From positions 3,844,001 to 3,908,000 of the forward strand of contig JBHGNT010000012.1 in the NCBI GenBank assembly GCA_043228905.1: 64,000 nt of DNA, in the 5' to 3' direction. The notes under the pieces were generated by a model. It was not told the origin of the DNA. It did no database searches and saw only the letters and a program-made list of their open reading frames with translations. This DNA comes from Azolla caroliniana (Eukaryota > Plantae > Polypodiophyta). The position numbers and the translations under genes were made by a program. This document shows positions 1 to 10,536 of the stretch, piece by piece; the first letter of the stretch is position 1; every line of letters starts with the position of its first letter.

Positions 1-264
1 CAACACTACTAATACTAGTACAGAGAAGCGTAGTTTTCCTACATTGCATTTCTCTATTTGATGACCGGCTTTATATAAGTAATGCACCCTCCACCATGGC
101 TACACCGAATTCGGGCTTTTCCAATAGATTGAGTACAGATAATTGTCCAATTGGCCAAGTAAGTCTCCTTATCAAACCTCTGATTCTTTTTTGTTATTTG
201 TTCTGTGAATCATGAAGCAAATGTATGTATGGAGCTCGGAAGCATGGATAAGATTAACCTTGTT

Positions 265-265
<1 letters not shown>

Positions 266-305
<40 letters not shown>
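266..305. repeat. Compound (GT)n(GA)n microsatellite
   Basis: Visible directly in the sequence. Confidence 0.95.
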
Positions 306-307
<2 letters not shown>

Positions 308-393
308 TAAAGACTTTTCTAGATGCTTCTTTTTTAATCCCCTTTTGGCTTCTCTAGAAGATTCTTGATCATGACCATTAACAAACATTCTAG

Positions 394-3300
394 ATGCAGG
401 ATGAACATCATCAAATGGACTTTTCGAACCTTTCAGTTATACCTCCAAAAGAGGAGCTTCTAGGTCATGTCCAGTCTCAGGCGGCCTTAATGAAGAACAG
501 AGTAAATGGTGAAAAATATGGGAATATCTCTGAGTATCTAGCTACACATTTTTTCCTTTTGCGTGAAGATTGCACTCAAGCCTTGCGAGAGGCGGTGCAA
601 TCTCTCCATGACCATCGCCTTCCCGAAAGGCAAGATATTCAAGTTTATAGAGACGTGAGATTAGACTTTGTTCAATGTGGAAACTTGGGTGTTGAGTACA
701 GGATGTCTTTTGCTCGAGGTAATGCCATATTACAAGAAAATACCACTTCAAAGTATCTTATGGAAGGATCTCTCCTATGCATGTCACATGATGACTTTCA
801 AACCATACTTTGGGCTATGCCGAGTGGCCAGAAAAATACATCATTTGATACAAATTATGTACAGGTTCGGTGCTTAGATCATATATCTGAAGCTAAACTT
901 GAGTTTCAAAAGGTCTACACTGTGGTTGAATCACCATCAGCCTATTTTGAAGCATATTGCCATGTTTTAGAGAATCTTAAGAAATTTCAATCACTTACCT
1001 TGCCGTTCAAGGAGCATTTTCTATACTTAGAACCTCAAGTGAAGGCACCAGATTATCTCTGTCGAGATCATGATGGACGTTTCTTGTCTTCCGTGGATCC
1101 AAATTGTGTCAATTTCCAAGTTTGTGCAAGTATTTTTCCATTATTGCAAGAATGGCCAGAATTGACTAGCTCTCTCGATCCTAGTCAATTGAAGGCTGTT
1201 CGACATGGCATCACCAAGAGGTTAGCTTTGATCCAAGGCCCACCTGGCACAGGGAAAACATTTGTGGGTAAAATGATTGTTAAAATCTTGTTGAGTAATG
1301 AAAGAGGCGGAGAAGGTGCAGGAATATTGCCTTCTACTTGGGAAGAAAGCTGGCTAAATTTGAAGGCAGAAAGGTTAGACTGCAGGAAAGTTGAAGAATC
1401 TGTGGGGGATAGTCCGTTGTTAGTCTTATGCTATACGAACCATGCTTTGGATCAGTTCCTTGAGGGAATTTTTGAATTTGAAAAAAGCCTCATTCGATAC
1501 GGAGGACGTTCTACAAGTTTGAAGCTAATTGGTTGTTCTGTGAAGCAATGGATTCGGAAGGAGAAACATGGGTTTCTCCGATTGAAATGGAATCAATATC
1601 GTGCATGCATACACAAAGGAGACAAATTGAAAAGACAGATATCAAGATGCCATGCCTTGATGCGTTTAGAATTTGTAACTATTGAACCTCTCCGAGATGT
1701 AGCTACTCGGGAGCAAGTAGAAAACCTTTTTTTCTGTGGTTCAGACCCAAACATAGTGCCCTTATGGCTTCAAGGGTTGGATTCACTGTCAGCTCATCGG
1801 CAGTTGATCCATAGCTCTAGTTCTAGATGTGAAGATTCAAATATAAAATATCCAGAAATCATACATAGGCAACAAGTTGAAGATGAAGTCTTGGATTCGT
1901 TTGAAACAAATCTGGACGATCCATTTGTTTGGGCTTTAGATGGACCATCTCGTAGTGCATTGCATTCAGTGTGGCTAACGAGGATACGAAGGCTTGCAGA
2001 GATACAATTATCAGGGCTTTCTAAAGAGTATCAATTGGTTTGTTCGAGGAAAGTGAAAACAAATGAGGAATTGCATTCATCTGTTCTAAGAAGAGCCAAG
2101 GTTATTGGAATGACCACAACAGCTGCAAGTCGTTGTCACAGCATTCTTATGGAAGTGAAGCCAAGAGTGGTAGTGGTGGAAGAAGCTGCTGAAATCTTAG
2201 AGGCACATATAATTGGTTGTCTTACACCATTCACAGAGCATCTAATACTAATAGGGGATCATTTGCAACTCCGACCTTCTGTTGCAATAAATAAGCTTGC
2301 CACTGATTATCATCTTGATGTTTCTTTATTTGAGCGCCTGATAAGTGGTGGTGTAGAACATGTAACTCTTGAATATCAAAGGAGGATGAGGCCTGAAATA
2401 TCGAGACTCCTACACAGCCTTTATCCAAAACTTAAAGATCATGATTGTGTTTTCAATCGAAAGAATGTAGAAGGTATACGGGAAAATGTGTTTTTCCTTG
2501 ACCACAAATCTGAAGAGAGGCGCATGTTTGATTCTAAGAGCAAGGTAAACATTGAGGAATGCCTCTTTGTTGCAGAGTTATACCTATATATGCTTAAACA
2601 AAGATCTTATGGGATTCAAGATATTACAATATTGACTATGTATCGGGCTCAGATGGAATGTATAAAGAATGTTCTCAGCAAAAAACTTGAGGAACTCCAA
2701 TCTTCATGTAAGATCATTTCTGATATCCTGATGGGTCCATGGTCATCCCAGGTTGCATGCGTTGATGATTATCAAGGAGAAGAATCTGAAATTGTGATCT
2801 TATCACTGGTGAGAAATACTTTTCCAGGAAAGGATATGGAGAGTATAGGCTTCCTTGAGAACCCCAATCGAGTTTGTGTAGCCTTATCCAGAGCTAGGAA
2901 GGGACTTTATATATTCGGAAATGCAGATTTGCTTGCATCTAAAAGCAAACTATGGCAGGAAATCCTAGACGATCTAAGGATGTATAATGGTGTTGGGAAT
3001 TGTCTTACACTGGTTTGCCCAAATCATTTTCTCATAGAGACAAAGATTTATAATGCTAATGGCTTTCACCAGGCTATAGAAGGAGGATGCAGCCAGAGGT
3101 GTCAGCATGTGTTGGATTGTGGGCATCAGTGTCCAAAGACATGTCACCCTGGTGGTCATGAGCACATTGTCTGCCTCAAAGATTGTTCTCATACCTTAAT
3201 GTGTGGGCATTGTTGTCCCAAGGCATGTCATCGCGGGGGTCACGAGCACATTGTTTGTGTCGAGCAATGTTCTCATACCTTAATGTGTGGTCATCGTTGC

Positions 3301-4494
3301 CTAAAATCATGTCATTCAGGAAGTCATGAAAAAATTATTTGCCCCAAACGATGTAACAGAAGTCTTTCATGTGGACACCAATGTATGCAGAGATGTCACG
3401 GAACGACAGAGTGCCCTCCATGTAGGCAGATTGTTTCTAGAAGGCACCCTCAATGTCATCATCAGGTGTTAATAAGTTGTTCTTTCCATGGAGAATTTCA
3501 GTGTGAGGAACAATGTTCTGCTATTTTAAATTATGACCATGAATGTCCTGACAAATATGGCAAAGAAGGCACAACAAAATGCTTACAAATGATTAAAAAA
3601 AAACTTCCTTGTGGTCATTTCATGGTTGTGCCATGCTATCAGCCTCTTGATAGTGTTATTTGTGAAGAGGTGTGTGGTCAAAGCCTAAAACCCCTTTGCA
3701 ATCATTTTTGTCAAGGAAGATGCTCATCGTGTTGGATGAAAAATGCTCATCCTAAATGCTCTCAAAGATGCGAAAGGATGCTTCCTTGTGGTCATCATTG
3801 CAAGTCGTTATGCTTTCAATCATGTCAACCGTGTACAGAAGCTTGTGAAAATAAGTGTTCTCATCGACAATGTAAGAGAATGTGTGGTGAACCATGTGAG
3901 CCTTGTGAAGAACCATGTGAATGGTCTTGTGAGCACTATAGGTGCAATTTGAAATGCCAGGAGGTTTGCACAAGGCCCCGGTGTGACAAAAGATGTCCTA
4001 AAGTACTCAATTGTGGGCATGATTGTATTGGTCTTTGTGGTGAGCCTTGTCCAAGATGCCGAATTTGTCATCCTCATACTACTGAGATATTCTTCCAGGT
4101 ACCAGTTAAGGAATTTGGGGACTCAACTTGCTTTGTTCAGCTGTCAGATTGTGGTCATTTAGCTGGATTCAGTGACCTTGATGATTTTATGGACAAGGAT
4201 GCAGAAAAACCCGCTAAGAAGTGGCTGAAATCATGGTAATCCTTTTATAACAACCATTGAAAATGTGTGATTATTACATTTTAAAAAATATACAACAATT
4301 GTTTGCTTATTTTGAGCATTTACATTGAGTGCAGCCCTAGTCCTAGTTGTGATACTCCAATCAGAAAGACGGCGCGCTACAAAAGCATTACCAATTCAAT
4401 GTTGAGGAAGCTGGAAGATATCAAGCAACAGATAGTAGAGGAGAACTTTTGGTCGATGAAAAATCTAAGACGAGACAATGCAGAAGGATCTTAG
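394..4494 (+). CDS. ZNFX1: ZNFX1/Hrr1-like SF1 (UPF1-family) RNA helicase with NF-X1 zinc fingers; exons 394-4235 and 4335-4494; more 5' exons may exist
   Basis: Motifs: LLREDC, Walker A QGPPGTGKT, CYTNHALDQFLE, GMTTT, VEEAAE, LIGDHLQLRP, SLFERL, QRRMRPEI, VDDYQGEE, NRVCVALSRAR, then many CGHxC NF-X1-type fingers. The splice TG|GTAATC (4235/4236) to TGCAG|C (4334/4335) is in phase and gives CPSPSCDTPIRKTARY, matching the ZNFX1 CPxCxxPIR..RY motif. The ATG at 394 follows TTCTAG, so it may be an internal exon start. Confidence 0.88.
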
Positions 4495-5929
4495 GACTGG
4501 AAAAAGTTTAAGCTTTGCTCCACTGGCCAATGTGTCATGATACGCAAACCACATCAGTGTAATGTATTATCATGTGTGGTATGTCTACATGTAATGCGTA
4601 CATAATCGTTCTATGTTAAATCTCTAAGATTATGAACAAAATTGTAACATGGATTATGGGTTGTTTCTATGTAAATCATATATGAATACCTTTTTGTGAT
4701 CTAATAAATCTTCTCCTTTGGGATATTTGGAGCCATTTTTTTCATAATCCCAGTTCTAAAAGCTCCTTGTCTACGAATTGATCAGGCCTTTTAACTTACG
4801 GACTCCAGTAATCTATGTCATCAAGGATAATGGGATACTATTCTTTGATCAACATCTTTGCTATTGGCCAACAAATATCCTTTTATATTTTATTTACATC
4901 ATGATCATCACATAATGAGATCAATTTTAATCGAATAAGATTGGCATACCACCTATTTTGGTTTGCATTCATAATTGCTTTCTTGTTGATTGAGATTCAC
5001 ATATGTTTGTTACATTTTCTTCTCCTTGAAGTTACTCACACTAACGTAAATTTGTTGAATTATTGTCACTTGTAGTGGGCACCATCCCATCCTATTGAGG
5101 GTGAAGATTTCTTATGAACTTCTTGTGTCACTTTGTTTTGTATACTAACTTGGTCCCAAATGGTTTCTCAAAGTTGTTTGCCCAACTTAGTGAGCATCAT
5201 CGTTAAGAATATCCTCAATAACATGGGGAAGGTTTTTGTGCCATAAACGCTTCGTAGATTTTTGCTACAAATGGCTGTAATTCAAAATATGTCCTTCAAA
5301 ATAAATAATTCAAACTAATATCTTGACTTTGGAGGTAGATAGTGTATGCAAGTAAACTTTGATCAATGTTGTATTCAAAATTAAAGCTTTTTCATAGAAC
5401 AAAAATTCAAAGGTTAAATGTTGTAGACGTAGTTAATCAAAGTTTGATGTTTTTCCATGTTGTGTCTTGCTTTTAAGATGCCAATATCCCACACTTTCAT
5501 GCTCCTTTGTATTGTAAATTTGTTGTCACCATAGCTTTATTAAGACTTGCGGAACACAATCTACCTTGTTGTTTCTATTGTTTTGTGCAAATGTTTGCTG
5601 ACAATTATGAAAAAGTGTCCGTTGCAAATAATTATACAATATGGAAATAAGTAAGGTTTACGAAATTGTCTCGTGTTCAAGGCAATTGAGAAATTGCAAT
5701 ATTATATATAACGTTAAAAAGCTTATTTTCTAAATGCATATAATGAGATAGAAGGATAATGTGGGAATGTCATCAAAATATTTTGAGAGTTTTGAAATAC
5801 CAACATTATTTTGTGAATGTCTTAAAATTTTATGTGTATTCTTGTAAATTTCAGTACATGCACACATATATAAAAACAAATAAATTGTACATATACATCA
5901 AGGGTAGAACAAACTACAGATTACCCCTT

Positions 5930-6460
5930 ATATATGTATATATTAAGTTAAACCCTTGAAATGCCACTATGTGTATGCTATTTTCTTTGATGCCCTTGGT
6001 CAAATCCTCATCAAGAGATTGTGTATATTGGGAAATATTTCATGAAATATAGAAAAAGGGCCCAAATGCCCCTATGTGTATGCTATTTTCTTTGATGCCC
6101 TTGGTCAAATCCTCATCAAGAGATTGTGTATATTGGGAAATATTTCATGAAATATAGAAAAAGGGCCCAAGGGTATTGTTGATTTCGGGAATAGAACCAG
6201 GGGTATTTCAAGAAATGTAGAAGTTAGGGGGATTCTGGGAGATAAAGAGATAGTGTAGGGGTATTTCGAGAAATAAACAAAACAAAGGCATGGGGGTATC
6301 CTGGGAGATAAAGAAATAAGTATAGGGGTATTTGGAGAAATAAAGGAAAAAGGCCGAAGCTATTTTGGCAAATAAAGAAATAACTGCAGGGGTATTTCGA
6401 CAAATAAAGAAAAAAGGCTCGGGGGTATGCTGGAAATTAGTGAAAGGGTATTTCGGTAAT
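5930..6460. mobile_element. Mutator-like TIR/subterminal repeat array
   Basis: AAATGCCC-type motifs are followed by about nine GGGTATTT-type motifs, each with an AATAAAGAAA-like spacer. This inward-facing arrangement is typical of long MULE TIRs. No TSD identified. Confidence 0.45.
5959..6170. repeat. Tandem duplication, 2 x 105 bp
   Basis: AAATGCC(A/C)CTATGTGTATGC...GAAAAAGGGCCC starts at 5959 and 6064; the copies are nearly identical. Confidence 0.95.
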
Positions 6461-9400
6461 TTCTGGTTTTTGGTTTGCCTGTGTTTTATATTTTTGTTGT
6501 TTTTATCTTCTGACCTTTTCTTTTTTTCGCGAGAATCTCTGAGGTCTGCGAGAGACATGGCGTTCGTTTCTTCCCGGCGGAGGAGCTCGATCTCTGCATC
6601 CTCGCTGTTCTGAGGTAAGTGAAACTCTTCCTTCCTTTCTCTTATACGTTTCTCTGAACCTATTAAACTCTGTATTTCCATGTAGAACATCCTGCTTATG
6701 TTTTCTTTGCTGATTCTCCAATGTGCTAGAAATTCAGTACACTTGTGTATATATATGTTTAAATATCAAGGAAACAGGTATCGAGGCTTATCTGTTCCGA
6801 GCACGTATTCTTTGAAAACATTTTTGTAGATTTGATGGTTGGGAAATATAAAAACATGGATAACATGTTTGTAGTTTTGACGTTTGGGACACAAACAAAA
6901 AAGGTGTTATGTAGATTTGATTTGGCGAAAAAACGTTTGTAGGTTGTATTCAGAAAATAGAAAACTTTTGTAGAGTTAATTCCTTGAAAGATCATAGTAA
7001 GGTTTGGAAGATTTGGTGCTTGGAGGAGAATATTTTCTGAATAGACACATTGGTTCTTCAGTAAGATTGAATGTATATATGAAGTTTCTGCATCTTTGGT
7101 GCTTTGTAGATAAATACCTTTGTTTATCTTTATTCAGTGATTTCAGTGAATTTCACTGAAAAACATCATTTGCAAGATGGTTTGTAGATAAGCCCTTGCC
7201 TTTGGAAATAATCTGTAGTTTACTTATATTTAGAAATGTCAATGAATTCAATTTGTTATTGCACTTGCCAGATGCCATTACAATTATTTCGTTGATGGCT
7301 TTCTTTTTTTACAAGTCATCAACATTGGATTGCCATATGATATATGAAGTCTGGACTCAGTGGCTAATCTTAAATTATTCGGGTAGAAATATACTTAGGT
7401 TCGACAAAAGTGTGGTCTATTGATTATTGACGCCTCATTTTATAATAAGATAATTGAGTTCTACGATTATAGCATTTATGTAACCCATTGATTTCTTTAC
7501 ATTAACAAGGTTTATATACCTGTTATGAAAAACCTGAAATTAACTATTAGCACTCATTAAGATGTGGATAAGGTTATTGTTTCTTGTGGATGTACACTAT
7601 TTGATGCAGATACATTAACTGCAGCATGTTTTAAGCAATGAAAGGCAATTTGCTAAACCAATGTATTAAGGGGATTTGTTCCTTTATTTGGCATCAATGG
7701 AAAAGCAGATCAAAGAGATAATGCTGTAGGACGACATAGCTGTTAGGGTTAATAATCCTTATATTTTTGTTCAATGGATAAGGTGGTCGAGGAGTTAATG
7801 CACTGTGTACTATTACAAAAGCAGGAAGAGAGTTCAACTGAAGTGGCTGTGATTAAGTGACGGATCATGTTTTCTTGGCCAGTGAAGTAGATGGTGTCAA
7901 CAAGTCAAAGTGGACCCGCTGATGGCATTGAATGCTATTGGACACAAGCTTGTTGGAACAGGCCACACATAATGGAAGTTCAAGATGATCACCACTTTGG
8001 ATTCCTACAAGCTTTTGGAAATCATGCTCAGAATCCTTGCAAAACTGTTGATAACTTGTCCAAATCCTATTATCCAGATCCCTCCCAATGTAGAGGCTGT
8101 GCATGCATTGAGAAGGAAAAATGAAGAAACCTGTATGAAATCATGATTGACATAACCAATTAGGTATTGATGCAGATGTAGCACCATCCCAGGCTATGGA
8201 TGGCTGGAGAATTTTTTGGTATCAATATGTGATGTAGAATGAGACTGAGTTCCAAAAAAAGATTGCTATCAGGAGAGAAAGTCAAGATATTTAATCTGTA
8301 GGTAAACCATACTTTGGACAGGAAGCCAGTGTAGGGTTGGTAAAGTCTTGAGAGTAGCTGACACAAAGGTGCATTTCTGCATTGCCCTCAGTTTGACGCG
8401 CATAGTGCTTCATCCGGTGGGGCTGGCATATGTACGTATGTTAATCTGTAACTGATATCGAGAGGTCTTGAGCTGTCCTAACACACAATGGAGCGCCTGA
8501 GAGACATTTTGTTCTCCACATAAGAGGGCCTGATGATAAATTTGCAACAAAAAATAGGATCTTATAATGAGCTATCTTCCCACCAAGTAGCATTGTCTAA
8601 TTTAATGATATCAGTTCATGTCACCCTATTCTTTTACACCTGTGGACGATCCAATGTATATTGGAACAGGGCCTGATTTATTTCCATTCATCATCCAATT
8701 TAATGATTATTTTGGAGCACTAATTGTATCTTCGAGTAACAACCTATCTTCTTCAACTTTTGTCAGACATGATATATTCTTCCTCACAAAGTATTGGAGG
8801 GTTGATCGTGCATGCCTTTGTGTACAAATAATGAGTCACTTCTCATTACACGTGTCTCCTTGTGTTGTGACATTCCTAATCATACCAATTTTTTTGTGTT
8901 GCTCTACCATATGTAGGTGCAGTGCTGACTATAGTGTGGGAAAAAATATTTGTGGCTGCAAATTAGAATGACTTGAACCCTCATGTGATTTCCTCCAAGC
9001 AGGGGACAGGATTTAAGTCAAGCATGTATTGTATACTTCACAAATCTACATATCAACTGTCTCTCAATAAATTGGAATGTAACGTGCATAATCATATGTT
9101 TTTGCCATACATCCTTCAACTTCAAGTGTAGATCTGCACAATCTGCTGCCAAGACAGTAGGTCTACTAGAAATAATGAACTTATGTATCTCAGGTGGAAG
9201 GCTCTGCTGATCACGTAATACTGTTTTTGCACCTCCGTTGAGGTTGTAACATGTCGAATCATTTGTTCTTGGCCATTGTTAGAAGCCATTATGTAGGTCA
9301 TTGAAGTCTTCTAATAATATTACATTCCCCATGTGAGCAGATATTACAATATCATCATATAGTGGAAAATATTTTGGTTCTTCGAATTTATCTCCACATA

Positions 9401-10536
9401 TAACTTGGAAATACATCGTTGTTCACCACGCTCTCTATATTGGAGCTCCTCATTGAATGACGTAGCCACTCCACCAGAGTCTTTAGTGCTTCCTGGTATG
9501 TGTGGTTGAGTATGGGATATCAGCTTCCATCTTTACCTGTGTATTGGGGAGTTTACTGCCAGTGCACTGAAGCAAATCTTATGACATCTTTCATACAATG
9601 GAAAATGTTGCGATCTTTGAAACATGCAAACCTTGAGTATGGAAGTGGAAGATAACCAATGTCAACTTTTCATCTGCTAATTTGTCTCCTAAATTTGACA
9701 TGTTAGAACCTCAAGGGAGGTGCAAAAACACTTCATCATAGAGCCACCCTTCCAGAGCCTCTAGTGTTTCCTGGTATCTGTTGAGGATGAAATACTGGAT
9801 TTCATATATGGCTGTATATCATGGAGTTTATTGCCAGTGCACTGATGTGTCTGTGTAACGATAACAAATATGTGTTTACATGACTTACGCACATTTAGAA
9901 AACTTAATACTAAAAGCTCATTTTAAAATCAAGGACGAGAAATGGAGTGAACACTAAATAAGCCTCCGAGAAAGATGAACACTATTATTTTTAACTCTAA
10001 AATGGATCCTAGATTTAGAAATGCAAAAGAATAAAATTATTCATAATGAGAATTGCAACGACTCTAATCAAGAACGAGAAATTCACGACATGTTACACAT
10101 TATTTTTATTTTTGTGTCTCCAAATGCTTACTATTACTTGTCGTTTCTCTTTGCGTCTTCCCCAAGCCCTTCTTCTGCATGTGATTGCTCATTATCTGTG
10201 GGTTGGAGCTTGAGATTTAATTGATGCATCAAATGCATGTGGATCTGCTACAATATTTTGTTTTCATCACCAAAACTCAAATAACTTATTCTCTGCAATT
10301 TTGAGTGGGTTTGAACCTTAAAATGGAAGTGATTTTTCTGGTTTTAATAATATTTTTCTACTCTTGTAAACAGTTACTCTCTATGTAGTTTTTTCATTTT
10401 GCTTAACCATGTCAATAAATTTTCATTTTGCAGTGAAAAGGTATTCATTACTTTCACTCAAGGAGTTTCCTGATGAGTTTCAAGAGGTGTGATCATAACT
10501 GCTTGGATCGATGCATCTGATGAACCTCAACCTCCA

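Noticed and set aside
4700-5700. Possible decayed transposon or extra ZNFX1 exons
   Set aside because: I could not recognise any motif in any frame.
6170-6460. Regularly spaced GGGTATTT motifs resembling a CRISPR array
   Set aside because: The motifs are short and degenerate, the spacers resemble each other, the context is eukaryotic and there are no cas genes.
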